From Chloroflexota bacterium (GTDB lineage: Bacteria > Chloroflexota > Dehalococcoidia > UBA2979), in contig CANMOP010000003.1 in NCBI GenBank assembly GCA_947499615.1, positions 32,901 to 96,900 of the forward strand: 64,000 bases of DNA, given 5' to 3'. The position numbers and the translations under genes are program-made. Positions 35,926 through 45,930 of this stretch are shown one piece after another (positions within the stretch are counted from its first letter, which is position 1; each line of letters begins with the position of its first letter). Under the pieces are notes generated by a model. It saw nothing but the letters and a program-made list of their open reading frames with translations. It had not been told where the DNA came from and searched no databases.

Positions 35926-36930
35926 TCAAACGCGTCGTGTGCTCGTCCACTCCTCGCATGATGGGACGCCAGCCAGACCGGTTGCGAGTTGGACGCCGCG
36001 CAGGATAGCGCGCTCCACGGCTCGCGTCGCCATCGCCTCCAACGCGGTGTAGCCGATGGCGTCCACCTCCACCTCGCCGGTCGCTAACGCGAAGATCGTG
36101 TCGCCGTCGCCTCGGGTGTGGGCGGGCCAGGTGGTGCGCGCGAAGCCGTCGTGACAGACCGTCGCCAGCCGGTTGGCCTGCGCCTTGGTCAGCGCCGCGT
36201 TGGTGGCGACCACGGCGATGGTGGTGTTCTCCGGGCCGGGTTCCGGCAGCGGCTCCGGCTGTGGCCACGCGCGCCCGGTGCGCAGGAAGCGATCGACGTT
36301 CACAAACCGCCCGTCGTCGCCTCGCGGGGCGGCGACGACGCGTCCGGTGCGCGGGTCGCGAATCGATCCGACGGCGTTCACGGCGACGATCGCGCCGACG
36401 ATCACGCCGGTCTCGAGGTGCTCACTCGCCGTTCCCAATCCGCCCTTGAGCGCGCGGTCGCGACCGATGAGCTTTGCGACGGTGGCGCCGGTACCGGCAC
36501 CCACCGATCCCTCGGCGACCGCACCCGCACGCGCCGCACGCGCTGCCCGGTAGCCAGCCTCGGCGTCAGGACGAGCAGGTCGGCCAATGCCGAGGTCGTA
36601 CAGCACGGCGGCCGGCACAATCGGAATGACCTGCCCACCGAAGTGCAGCCCGGAGCCACGCTCCTCCAGGTAGCGCATCACCCCGCTGGCGGCGTCCAGC
36701 CCGAAGGCTGAGCCGCCCGTAAGCAGCACGCCGTGCACTTCCTCAACGAGGTTGCCGGGACGAAGTAGGTCGGTCTCACGCGTTCCCGGCGCGGCACCTC
36801 GAACATCGACGCCACCAACGGCGCCACGTTCGCACAGCAGGACAGTGCAGCCGGTTGCCGCACGGCGGTCGGTCCAGTGGCCAACGCGGATTCCGGGGAC
36901 GGCGGTAATGGAGTCGGCGCGCTCGGCCAC
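35926..36930 (-). CDS. peptidase S58 DmpA/ArgJ-like (L-aminopeptidase/D-Ala-esterase family) Ntn-hydrolase
   Basis: 334 aa; family pattern GIRVGHWTD...TGCTVLL...LLTGGSAFGL with a G-S self-cleavage site. Confidence 0.7.
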   Translation of the reverse strand: MAERADSITAVPGIRVGHWTDRRAATGCTVLLCERGAVGGVDVRGAAPGTRETDLLRPGNLVEEVHGVLLTGGSAFGLDAASGVMRYLEERGSGLHFGGQVIPIVPAAVLYDLGIGRPARPDAEAGYRAARAARAGAVAEGSVGAGTGATVAKLIGRDRALKGGLGTASEHLETGVIVGAIVAVNAVGSIRDPRTGRVVAAPRGDDGRFVNVDRFLRTGRAWPQPEPLPEPGPENTTIAVVATNAALTKAQANRLATVCHDGFARTTWPAHTRGDGDTIFALATGEVEVDAIGYTALEAMATRAVERAILRGVQLATGLAGVPSCEEWTSTRRV

Positions 36931-36942
36931 CGCAGGGGCGCC

Positions 36943-37848
36943 TTAGACGGCGACGGCGGTGATACGACGCGCGGGGACGGCATCCTCGATGAAGGCGAGG
37001 CACTGGCGAACGTAGGCGTCCGGGGCGCGGAGGTAGCCGGCGCAATGGCCGGCGCCCGGCACTCGCCAGATCGCGTTGTGCGCGTTCAGCGATGCCGCTG
37101 CGATGTTGAGCGTGTCCGCCAGCGGCACCAATCGGTCGGCGTCGCAATGGATGAACAGGATCGGGACCGGCGAGGACTGCGAGGCGGAAACCAGCGGGCG
37201 CACCGCATCTGCGTTCGCGCCAAAGCGACTGGTCGCGACACGTAGCGCCATAGAGAACAGGTAGCCCGGGACGTTCGACCAGCGTCGACGCAGGTACGAG
37301 CGCGCCGAGGCAAACGGCGAGTCCGCGATGATCAAGTCGACATCGAGACCGTCCGAGGCGCCGACGATTGCCAGCGCGCCGCCGAGCCCGAAGCCGTGCA
37401 GGATCAGCGGCAGGTGCCGGGCGCGATCGCGAGCGAACTCGACGGCCGCCGCAACGTCGGTTCGCTCGCTCGCGCCAAAGCAATCGCGCGACCCGCCGGA
37501 CTCGCCGCGACCACGAAGGTCGAAGGCCAGCACGTTCAAGCCGCGCCGCAAGTAATCACGCTGCAGGGTGAGCAGCCCCTGTGACCGGTCGGATCGTGTG
37601 CCATCGATGTCGTGGACGAGGATCACGGTGCCGCGTGCACCCGGAGACTCGAGGTACCAGCCGCGCAACGCCACGCCATCGGGGGTCCCGAACTGTACAT
37701 CTTCGTAGCGCAGCCCCAGGTCGGTGGGTGTCCCCTCCACACGACGGCGCTTCGTGCGCGTCAGGGCGTCGGCAAGAAGCCGCGCGGCGGCCACATGCGC
37801 CAGCGCCAGCACTCCGAGCACACCCATGACCAGCCAGAGCGTCGTCAA
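36943..37848 (-). CDS. alpha/beta hydrolase (membrane-anchored, BAAT/dienelactone-hydrolase-like)
   Basis: N-terminal TM helix; GxSxG (HGFGLGG) nucleophile elbow; catalytic His near the C-terminus (GAGHCAGY). Confidence 0.65.
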   Translation of the reverse strand: MTTLWLVMGVLGVLALAHVAAARLLADALTRTKRRRVEGTPTDLGLRYEDVQFGTPDGVALRGWYLESPGARGTVILVHDIDGTRSDRSQGLLTLQRDYLRRGLNVLAFDLRGRGESGGSRDCFGASERTDVAAAVEFARDRARHLPLILHGFGLGGALAIVGASDGLDVDLIIADSPFASARSYLRRRWSNVPGYLFSMALRVATSRFGANADAVRPLVSASQSSPVPILFIHCDADRLVPLADTLNIAAASLNAHNAIWRVPGAGHCAGYLRAPDAYVRQCLAFIEDAVPARRITAVAV

Positions 37849-38078
37849 CGGTCACCTCACCGATGCGGCCGGAACCCGGCAGCCGCAGCAGGGTACCGCT
37901 GACGCTGCGGGCGCGGCAAGTGGTGATTGCCTAATTCGTTATGTCGCATCGGTGGCGCGGCCGATGCTGACCGAAGCGTCGCGCGCGGAACGGGCGCGCG
38001 ACGCCGTCCGGCAGTGCACTGCGCGGATGCGCTGACGAACGGCCCGCAGTGGGCACGCGAAGTAGTGGCCACAGCCCG

Positions 38079-39899
38079 CTACCAGGAGCCGCCGCCGCCA
38101 CCACCCACACCGCCGCCCGAGGAGCCTCCACCGCCGAACCCGCTGGACCCGGAGCCCCCCGGCGTAGAGACGATCGTGGAAACGGCTGAGTCGGAGAACC
38201 CGCCCATCGCACTGGCGAAGTAGATCGCCGTGAAGGCGTTGGGCGAGCCGTACCAGTCCGGCGCCGCAAGGTTGAGCCCCTCGAACGCCTTGGCCCAGCC
38301 GTCGACGCAGCCGAAAACGATGGCGTAGGGCAGGTACTCGTAGAACAAACCCGCCTTCTCCGCGAACTCGGCGCGACGGGTCTCGGCGGTCTCGATGAAC
38401 TGCTTGAAGCCGAGGGTACGGCGCAGCGCGGAGGTGCCCTTGGCCGTGCGCCGTGGGATGCGCTTATGCAGCGCGAGCAGCAGCAGGGCGGCCACGACCA
38501 GCGGCACCGGCACGATCGCGAAGGTGGTCAACCACGCGGCCAACACGACCGCACCGATGGCGAGGACGAGCGCGCCGAAGGCGATCCCACCCCACCGGGA
38601 GCGAGTGGAGTCCGGGCTCTCAGCGAACCAGCCCCGCGTGACGATGTCGGCGTAGAGGGCGGCCTGCACCGCCTGTAGTCGCGCGACGAAGGTGCGCTTC
38701 AGCGAGGACAACAGCACCTCGTCGCCAGCCTCGAAGAGCCCGTCCAGCAGCAGCGTCTCGAACTCCTGCAGCGTCCGCCGCTCCGTGGGGGCCGGTTGCC
38801 GCGTGAGCTTCCAGTCCGCGCTGCCGAACCAGCCCTCCTTCGGGATCTCCTCAATGTGCAGGTAGCCGCGCGCGGCGAGGTCGATCACGGTCGCGGTAAC
38901 GTCCAACGGGTGCGCGACCTCATCGATGAGGGTCCCCACTTCGCCAGGGCGGATGTCATCGGGCGGCGTGTACTCAATCGCATATGCGCCCCCCTCGAAC
39001 AGCGGGACGCGCTGCTGGTCGGTGCCGCCGAACACCACCTCCACCGGCGATCCTCGCCAGCGGATGTCGCGGCCGCGCGTCCATACAAGGCGCACGACGC
39101 CCCACACGGACGCCACCAGCACCAGCGCCGCGAGCCCGAGGCGCAACGGGTCTACTGTGAAGGCGCGGAAGAAACTCCAGCGCTCCACGAGCACCGGCTG
39201 CGGCTCCGGAACCCGCCCCTTTGGGAACCCGAGGACCACGCTGACGCCCTCGTTGGCACGCAGTCGCCCGTGCGTGAACTGCGCGCCATCGCCTCCAAGC
39301 CGGGCGCTGACACAGGCCAATCGCGATCCGGATGGACCGGCGTAGCACGCCGCCTGCGTTTCCGTGTTGCCGCCAGCACCGCCGCCACCGGAGAGATGAA
39401 CCGTCACGGCCACCGCGCCGATCGGGATGCCCCATTCGGTGCCGACGGCGTTCCAGTACAACTCGTCGTGGTCAGGAAACGCGTTCAGCGCGCCGACGAT
39501 GCGATACGCAAGGCGGTACTCGTGACGGCCGGTAATCGTTGTCTTCGCGTCGCCGACCCGGATGCGCGTAGTCCCGCCGTCGACGCTCTCGATGGCGTAT
39601 CTCGCAGGCGTGCCGGGCGAACCCTCGATGCGCTGCACCTCCAGGGGGTACAGCCGGTCGTAGCGGTCGTCGTACCGGAACCGAGTGGGGATGTCGCGGA
39701 GGATGCCGTGCCGCTGCGCCGAGCCGAAGTCGTAGTCGATCACTTCGAGGACCGCCAGGGCGCCGCTGGGCTCCACTGTCAGTTCGACGCGATAGGAGAC
39801 GATCCGCTCTGTCACGCCCTGCGCTCGCGCGCGATCCAGTGGCGTCAGCAGTGGCACCAGGAGCATCACGACCAGGAGGAGCAGCGCGCGTCGGCTCAT
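38079..39899 (-). CDS. DUF2207 domain-containing membrane protein with Gly-rich C-terminal tail
   Basis: Signal peptide, extracellular DUF2207-like domain, 3-4 TM helices, tail ...GGSGSSGFGGGGSSGGGVGGGGGGSW. Confidence 0.65.
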   Translation of the reverse strand: MSRRALLLLVVMLLVPLLTPLDRARAQGVTERIVSYRVELTVEPSGALAVLEVIDYDFGSAQRHGILRDIPTRFRYDDRYDRLYPLEVQRIEGSPGTPARYAIESVDGGTTRIRVGDAKTTITGRHEYRLAYRIVGALNAFPDHDELYWNAVGTEWGIPIGAVAVTVHLSGGGGAGGNTETQAACYAGPSGSRLACVSARLGGDGAQFTHGRLRANEGVSVVLGFPKGRVPEPQPVLVERWSFFRAFTVDPLRLGLAALVLVASVWGVVRLVWTRGRDIRWRGSPVEVVFGGTDQQRVPLFEGGAYAIEYTPPDDIRPGEVGTLIDEVAHPLDVTATVIDLAARGYLHIEEIPKEGWFGSADWKLTRQPAPTERRTLQEFETLLLDGLFEAGDEVLLSSLKRTFVARLQAVQAALYADIVTRGWFAESPDSTRSRWGGIAFGALVLAIGAVVLAAWLTTFAIVPVPLVVAALLLLALHKRIPRRTAKGTSALRRTLGFKQFIETAETRRAEFAEKAGLFYEYLPYAIVFGCVDGWAKAFEGLNLAAPDWYGSPNAFTAIYFASAMGGFSDSAVSTIVSTPGGSGSSGFGGGGSSGGGVGGGGGGSW

Positions 39900-40025
39900 G
39901 CGCGAAGCCTACGAGCAGCAAGCGGCCCCCGTCGAATCTGGCGGACCGCCGCAAGAGATATCACGACGCACGAGACAACCCTGATTGCCCACTACGGTGC
40001 GCGGAACCTATACTCGGCAGCGCGG

Positions 40026-40100
40026 GCGGAAGTAGCTCAGTGGTAGAGCGCCTCCTTGCCAAGGAGGAGGTCGCGAGTTCGACCCTCGTCTTCCGCTCCA
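40026..40100 (+). tRNA. tRNA-Gly (anticodon GCC)
   Basis: GCGGAAGTAGCTCAGTGGTAGAGCGCCTCCTTGCCAAGGAGGAGGTCGCGAGTTCGACCCTCGTCTTCCGCTCCA folds as a cloverleaf with anticodon loop TTGCCAA; CCA encoded. Confidence 0.95.
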
Positions 40101-40131
40101 GCACAGTTCAGTTCGACCCGCCCGCCCCACG

Positions 40132-40219
40132 GCCGAAGTGGCGGAATGGCAGACGCGGCGGTCTCAAAAACCGTTGAGGGGAAACCCTCGTGCGGGTTCG
40201 ACCCCCGCCTTCGGCACCA
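40132..40219 (+). tRNA. tRNA-Leu (anticodon CAA), class II with long variable arm
   Basis: GCCGAAGTGGCGGAATGGCAGACGC...GGTCTCAAAAACC... anticodon loop CTCAAAA; long variable arm; T-arm GCGGGTTCGACCCCCGC; CCA encoded. Confidence 0.9.
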
Positions 40220-40589
40220 CAAACCCCAATGTTTAAGCCAAACTCAAGCAGTTGCCCCATCCGGGGCTTCTGGATTGTGGCTCAGTCGGCCCACGGCGTT
40301 ATGACAAAAACATGGCGGTCACCCTCGGTCATCGGCGATCGCGGGACCACTTCCAATGCCGCCCGTGTCCGCCGTCGGGCTACACCACGAGCCGGTTGGA
40401 CGCCCGACGGCGAGGCACCGACGGGCTCGGTGCGCGGAACACCTGCGCGCGCTCGCATTTTGTATGTCTGACGGCAACCGATAGACTCGGCGGCGGAACG
40501 TCCTGCGCCGCAGCCCCTGGGCTCTCGAATCGGTCACTCGAGGCCAGCGCGAGCCACGTCCGTCTCCACACGTCACACCGCCCATCCAG

Positions 40590-41525
40590 ATGAGGGACGC
40601 CATGCTTGAGACTCCCCGCTTCCATCACCTGCACCTCAACTCGACGGATCCCGACGCCGCGATCGAGTTCTACACCCAGCGCTTCGAGTCGACCTCGCGC
40701 GCTGACTGGAACGGATTCCCGGCGTTGTGGTCGCCGACGGACGTCCTGGTGTTGTTCGCGAAAGTCGATGCGCCGCCTCCAACGTCGCCGGCGACGGCCT
40801 TCTGGCATTTCGGCTGGCATGTCCCCGATACGCGTGCGACTCGCGACCGGTTCGCCGCACAGTCCGGCATGACCCTGCTGCCGCTCTACACCGGCGATGG
40901 CGACGGCAGCGTGACGGTCAGTTCCGACACCTGGCCCGGCGCGGCAGGCGCCCTCGGCAGGACGCGGGAACAGGTCATCGAGGCGAAGGCTACCGGTGTG
41001 CAGCCCGCCCTCAGCGGCGGGTTCGGCTATCTCGCCGGCCCCGACGATGCGCTGATCGAGTACGCGGGCAACCAGCCTCGGGAGCGCTTCAACCACGTGC
41101 ACATGTGGCAGGACGACCCGTTCTGCGCGCAGCTGTGGTACCAGGAGCACCTCAATGCACCGGTGATGCAGGGGCGCGGGATGGCCGATGCCACGCTCGA
41201 CACATGCGCCGTGGAACGCAGCCCCGGACGCACGTTTCCGGCGCTCGACGTGCCCGGCATGTATCGGACACCGTCGTCAGCGGTGGAGTTCAGCGATGTC
41301 GCGCTCGCGTGGTACATGCGCCAGGGCGATGAGCCGCTCGCGCCGACGCGCGGTCAGCTGTACGACCATGTGGCGCTGAGCGTGACAGACCTCGACGCGT
41401 GGATCGCGAAGTTGCGCGACGAGCAGGTAACGTTCATCGAGGAGCCATACGTACTGGGCAACACACGAGCCGTCATGATCGAGGGGCCCAGCCGCGAAGC
41501 GATCGAACTGGTGGAGATCCGGTAG
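40590..41525 (+). CDS. VOC-family (glyoxalase/bleomycin-resistance/extradiol-dioxygenase fold) two-domain protein
   Basis: 311 aa; FHHLHLNSTDP and YDHVALSVTDLDAW match VOC beta-alpha-beta-beta-beta modules; function unknown. Confidence 0.55.
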   Translation: MRDAMLETPRFHHLHLNSTDPDAAIEFYTQRFESTSRADWNGFPALWSPTDVLVLFAKVDAPPPTSPATAFWHFGWHVPDTRATRDRFAAQSGMTLLPLYTGDGDGSVTVSSDTWPGAAGALGRTREQVIEAKATGVQPALSGGFGYLAGPDDALIEYAGNQPRERFNHVHMWQDDPFCAQLWYQEHLNAPVMQGRGMADATLDTCAVERSPGRTFPALDVPGMYRTPSSAVEFSDVALAWYMRQGDEPLAPTRGQLYDHVALSVTDLDAWIAKLRDEQVTFIEEPYVLGNTRAVMIEGPSREAIELVEIR

Positions 41526-41614
41526 TCCGGCTGCAGCCACCGGGCGGGTGCGCAACAGCGTGCGCCCCGATCGCTACACTGCGCTCGTGCATCGTTCCCG
41601 AGGGAGGGTTCGCG

Positions 41615-42766
41615 GTGATTGATCCGCAGTTCATCGCATCGTCGCCGGCAGAGATCGGGCTGGACGCCGGGCGACTGCAACGCCTGTACGACTACGTCGA
41701 GCAGCAGGTGGCAGCGGGGCTACCGAGCGCTCAGGTAGCGATCGGCCGACACGGGCGCGTAGCCGAAGTGCGAACGTTCGGCACCGTCACGCGTGGCGGT
41801 GTCACCGGGCCAGCAACCGATGACACCCTCTATTGCCTGTACTCGGCGGCGAAGGGCACCACGGGCGTCGGCGCCTGGGCACTCATCGAAGACGGCCTCC
41901 TGCGACTCGACGAGCGTGTCGCCGACATCGTGCCCGAGTTCGCCGGACTGGGTAAGGACGACATCACCGTTGAGCAGCTGCTGACGTTCACCTCCGGCTT
42001 CCCGCAGGCGCCGATGCACCCTCGACTGTGGGAGGACCGCGCCGCGCGACTGGAGCGCATCAAGGGCTGGCGGTTGAACTGGGAGCCGGGGACGCGTTAC
42101 GAGTACCACGCCACTTCCGCGCACTGGGTGCTCGCCGAGATCATGACCTACCGCACGGGCCTCGACTTCCGCGACTACGTGCGCACCCGACTGTATGACC
42201 CAATGGGCGTGCCTGATCTCCACCTGGGCGTACCCGACGAGTTGCACGCTCGCGTCGCCAACGTGGTGTACGTGGATGCCCCTGCACAGCCCGAGAACGG
42301 CTGGGGTGAGACGAACCCCGACACGGTGCTGCACTTCAACCAGCCGTCGCAGCGACGAGCAGGCTGCCCTTCCGCCGCCGCCTTCGCCGGCGCGGGCGAT
42401 CTGGCGTTGTTCTACCAGCGCCTTGTGTCTCCAAGCGAATCCGGTGCCTATTCGGCGCTCCGGCCGGAAACGATCGCGTATGCGACAAAAACGCGCACGC
42501 AGGAGTGGCACCACGACGGCGCGCTGCCGGTGAACCGAGGCCTCTGCGTGGTGGTCGCAGGTGATCATCCGGCGGAACGTGGGTTCGGCGCGCACGCGTC
42601 GCCTCGAGCCTTCGGACACGGCGGGGCCGGGGGGCAGATCGCCTGGGGCGATCCGGACACGGGTTTATCCGTCGGCTTCTGCACGAATGGATTCGTGAGC
42701 GCCGAGCGCATCCGTGAGCGCGGGCGAACAATCTCCACCCTCGCCGCGGAGTGCCTCGCCGACTAG
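41615..42766 (+). CDS. serine hydrolase, beta-lactamase/transpeptidase-like (class C / esterase EstB family)
   Basis: SxxK motif (YSAAKG); about 380 aa; GTG start at 41615 preceded by GAGGGAGGG; the longer upstream extension overlaps the previous gene. Confidence 0.75.
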   Translation: MIDPQFIASSPAEIGLDAGRLQRLYDYVEQQVAAGLPSAQVAIGRHGRVAEVRTFGTVTRGGVTGPATDDTLYCLYSAAKGTTGVGAWALIEDGLLRLDERVADIVPEFAGLGKDDITVEQLLTFTSGFPQAPMHPRLWEDRAARLERIKGWRLNWEPGTRYEYHATSAHWVLAEIMTYRTGLDFRDYVRTRLYDPMGVPDLHLGVPDELHARVANVVYVDAPAQPENGWGETNPDTVLHFNQPSQRRAGCPSAAAFAGAGDLALFYQRLVSPSESGAYSALRPETIAYATKTRTQEWHHDGALPVNRGLCVVVAGDHPAERGFGAHASPRAFGHGGAGGQIAWGDPDTGLSVGFCTNGFVSAERIRERGRTISTLAAECLAD

Positions 42767-42861
42767 CGCCGTCTCATCGAGGCCCGTGTCGAGGTGACAG
42801 CTTCGTCGTGCCGAAATGCGTGAGATGCGATGGGCGCGCTCGACCGTCCCGGAGTCGAAAC

Positions 42862-43167
42862 CTACGGCTGAGCCTCTTGCTCCAGGACGGCGTCGTACAG
42901 ACCGATCACCGGCGGGCCCGCGAGGATGCCCATGAGCGACCCCTGTGCGTGCCCGCGACGGAACGACTCACTGTTCGTCCACGCCTCGAAGGCTTCGCGC
43001 GTGGCCCACGTTGAATGCGAGACGTGTTCGCCGTCTTCGCCGCGCAGCAGCGCGAACCGAATGAAGCCGGGGACGCCATCCAGGTAGCTCTCGCGCTCCC
43101 GCCAGATGCGCTCGAAGTCATCACCGCGCCCCGGAGCGACCTGGAATCGGTTCATAGCGATGAACAT
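42862..43167 (-). CDS. antibiotic-biosynthesis-monooxygenase (ABM) domain protein
   Basis: About 101 aa from MFIAMNRFQVAPGRGDDFERIW...; ABM ferredoxin-like pattern; alternative start 43212. Confidence 0.6.
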   Translation of the reverse strand: MFIAMNRFQVAPGRGDDFERIWRERESYLDGVPGFIRFALLRGEDGEHVSHSTWATREAFEAWTNSESFRRGHAQGSLMGILAGPPVIGLYDAVLEQEAQP

Positions 43168-43291
43168 GGCACACCCTCTCGCGGCGGGCTGGTCGGGGGA
43201 TTCGAGGTTCATCGTAGCAGGCGTCACCGACGACTCTGTCACCGTCGGTGATGCCTGCGCAGCATGTACTGCGGTCACCGCGCCATCGCAG

Positions 43292-44194
43292 CTAGTCGAC
43301 GTCGAGCACGGCCTTCCCGGCCACCTGTCGCCCGAACAATGCCTCCGAGGCCTCGGCGATGCGGGTCCACGACCCGCGCCAGCCCACCTCAACTCGCAAC
43401 TGACCGCTCTGCATCAGCCGCATCAGGTACGAGATGTCCTCGCCGGAGCGCGGCCCCTTCGTGAAGGCGTTGAGGCTGCGCTGCATGCCCACGAGCGATC
43501 GGAACGAGGCCTCCTGCTGCGAGGTCCCGCCAATGCACTGCACGAGGCCGCCTTCGCCGAGCAGCGCCCAGACGGCGACGAGCTGCGGCCCGCCGACGTT
43601 GTCCAGGACGACGTGCAGCGGAGCCGAGACGCCCTCCAGGCCGACAAGTACCTCGTCCGCCCCGAGCTCGGCGAGGCCGGCACCGCGCGCCGTCGATCCC
43701 ACGCTCGCAATCACATGCGCGCCAGCCAGAGCAGCCAGTTGGACTGCGAACCGCCCGACGCCGCCGGCCGCGCTGGTGATCAGCACGCGGCGTCCGATCA
43801 ACGCGCCCGATCGACGCAGCGCCCGCAGTGCGGTTACCCCTGCGACCGGCAGTGTCGCGGCCTCACCAAGGTCGATGTCATCGGGCACGACCGCCAACTC
43901 ATCGAGGTCGACGGCGCGACGCTCGGCCCAGCCGCCCTGAGTACCCATGGTCGTGACCACGCGAGCGCCCACAGCAGGGCCCTGCCCGTTGGCGGCAGCC
44001 TGGAGGACGACTCCGGACGCATCCCATCCCGGCACGAATCCTGCCGGCCTCGCCCGCGCCCCGTTGAGGTCGCCGAAGTTGAGTGCGAGATGCTGAACCG
44101 ACACGAGCGCCTGATCGGCGCGGACTTCGGGTTCAGGTGCCTCGGCAAGCCGCAGTCCGCCCTTGGCATCCGGGTCAACGATCAACGCGCGCAT
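43292..44194 (-). CDS. zinc-independent MDR-family NAD(P)H quinone oxidoreductase-like protein
   Basis: 300 aa; MRALIVDP...; Rossmann motif AAGGVGRFAVQLA. Confidence 0.75.
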   Translation of the reverse strand: MRALIVDPDAKGGLRLAEAPEPEVRADQALVSVQHLALNFGDLNGARARPAGFVPGWDASGVVLQAAANGQGPAVGARVVTTMGTQGGWAERRAVDLDELAVVPDDIDLGEAATLPVAGVTALRALRRSGALIGRRVLITSAAGGVGRFAVQLAALAGAHVIASVGSTARGAGLAELGADEVLVGLEGVSAPLHVVLDNVGGPQLVAVWALLGEGGLVQCIGGTSQQEASFRSLVGMQRSLNAFTKGPRSGEDISYLMRLMQSGQLRVEVGWRGSWTRIAEASEALFGRQVAGKAVLDVD

Positions 44195-44565
44195 CTCAGC
44201 CTCCTCTGTCTTGTTCGCTCGCGATGATAGGGCAAGACGATTTGCCGGTGCTGGTCCGGGCGTGGGGACCGTCCGGCCCGTCGATGGCTCGCACTGGCTG
44301 CTTCAGGGCTCGTGTAGCCCGCGGTGCGCATGGCGGGGCTGCCCAGACATCGTCCGTCGAAGCGGACGACCCGTAGCGGGCCACACAGCGGCTAATGCAG
44401 GCAGCGGCCATTGCAGGCGTCGACTGCTGCCAGCCGGATGCGGAGGCAGACCGTGGCTGCTGGTCAGAATTGCGAGGTGCGGTGCATCGATGGGCACCGG
44501 AGCAACCCGCTCTGCCCACTCGGCAGCGCGCGGGTGTCCGAGGGCGATGGGCTCACGAGTCACAG

Positions 44566-44642
44566 TGGTAGCGCGTGCGGGATTCGAACCCGCGATCTCC
44601 GCCTTGAGAGGGCGATGTCCTGGGCCACTAGACGAACGCGCC
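44566..44642 (-). tRNA. tRNA-Glu (anticodon CUC)
   Basis: Minus strand GGCGCGTTCGTCTAGTGGCCCAGGACATCGCCCTCTCAAGGCGGAGATCGCGGGTTCGAATCCCGCACGCGCTACCA; architecture matches E. coli tRNA-Glu; anticodon loop CTCTCAA. Confidence 0.9.
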
Positions 44643-44838
44643 ACGCCGAGCCGCTAACCACCTTAGCAAAGGCCCGCACCCCCGCTCAAGCGGCACCCCT
44701 TTTGCGTGCGATATGGAGCGTCGCGCGGAGGCTCCCGCTTACGTCACAGCCGCACTGCGGTACCATGATGGCCGCCCATTCACGATTGGCTACGCCACAG
44801 ACGGTCCGGCGCTCACCGGGCATGCGAAAGGATGACAG

Positions 44839-45786
44839 ATGCAATACAGGTTCCTGGGACGCTCGGGATTGCAGGTCTCGACCATCGGGATCGGTGCCAA
44901 CCAGTTCGGTGGTCCCGTGGACGCCGCCGGTACGGCCGCGATTCTCGACGCCTGCCTTGAGTCCGGCATCAACACCATCGACACCTCGGACAGCTACGGC
45001 CGCGGTGTGTCGGAGCAGTACATCGGGCCCGCCATCAAGGCGAAGCGGGACGAGTGGGTGCTCATGACCAAGTTCTACTCGCCGCTGGCCGAAGGCCCAA
45101 ACCGCTCCGGCTCGTCTCGCGGCTACATCCGCAAGGCCGTGGAGGCCTCGCTCAAGCGCCTGGGCACGGACTACATCGATGTCTATCAGGCACACCGCTG
45201 GGACCCCAACACCCCGATCGAAGAGACGATGAGCGCGCTGAACGACCTGGTGAAGGCCGGCATGGTGCGGTACATCGGCTGCTCCAACTACAACGGCTGG
45301 CAGATGGCGGAGGCCAACCTCATCGCGCAGCAGCACGGCTGGGTGCCCTTCATCTCCTCGCAGCCGCAGTACAACCTGATGAGCCGCGGCATTGAGGCGG
45401 AGCACATTCCGGCGTGCCTGCGCTTCGGCCTGGGCCTCATCCCGTTCAGCCCGCTCGCCGGTGGCTTCCTGACCGGCAAGCACAAGCGCGGACAGGGCGC
45501 GCTGCCGGGGACGCGCATGGAGCGCAACCCGCGTGCCGGCACCACCGTGCTCACCGACGCGAACTTCGACCGCCTCGAGGCCTGGGAGCAGGTCGCCGAG
45601 CAGGCCGGGATCACGATGACCCAACTAGCCATCGGCTGGATCACGGCGCAGCCCGTGGTCTCCACGGTGATCATCGGTGCCACCAGCCCGGAGCAGGTGC
45701 GCGAGAACGCCGCCATCGGCGACATGAACCTCAGCGCCGACGTGCTGGCCGCCATCGCCGAGGCCGACAAGGCCGGGAACGCCTAA
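44839..45786 (+). CDS. aldo/keto reductase
   Basis: 315 aa; MQYRFLGRSGLQVS, IDTSDSYG, AKR catalytic tetrad context. Confidence 0.85.
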   Translation: MQYRFLGRSGLQVSTIGIGANQFGGPVDAAGTAAILDACLESGINTIDTSDSYGRGVSEQYIGPAIKAKRDEWVLMTKFYSPLAEGPNRSGSSRGYIRKAVEASLKRLGTDYIDVYQAHRWDPNTPIEETMSALNDLVKAGMVRYIGCSNYNGWQMAEANLIAQQHGWVPFISSQPQYNLMSRGIEAEHIPACLRFGLGLIPFSPLAGGFLTGKHKRGQGALPGTRMERNPRAGTTVLTDANFDRLEAWEQVAEQAGITMTQLAIGWITAQPVVSTVIIGATSPEQVRENAAIGDMNLSADVLAAIAEADKAGNA

Positions 45787-45848
45787 GCCGTAGCCCGTAG
45801 CCCTCGCCGCCCCGCCCTCGGAGGCGAGCAGGTTCGATGATGCAGAAA

Positions 45849-45886
45849 CGCCACCGCCTCGCGACGGGGGCGTTTTGTTACGCATG
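45849..45886 (+). terminator. rho-independent terminator after the AKR gene (CGCCACCG...CGGGGGCG hairpin then TTTTGTT)
   Basis: Imperfect GC hairpin followed by a T-run; a second perfect hairpin GTGCCGACCG-cagtc-CGGTCGGCAC at 45895..45919 abuts the hppA stop. Confidence 0.5.
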
Positions 45887-45930
45887 CATATCAGCGTGCC
45901 GACCGCAGTCCGGTCGGCACGCTGACGGTG

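Noticed and set aside
44195-44565. Possible SRP (4.5S) RNA next to tRNA-Glu, because of a GAAGCAGCCAG stretch and a nearby GGGCU-acacg-AGCCC hairpin on the minus strand
   Set aside because: Only a partial match to the domain-IV AGCAGCC core; the GGAA/GNRA tetraloop context and flanking helix are not present, so this is not supportable without a covariance search.
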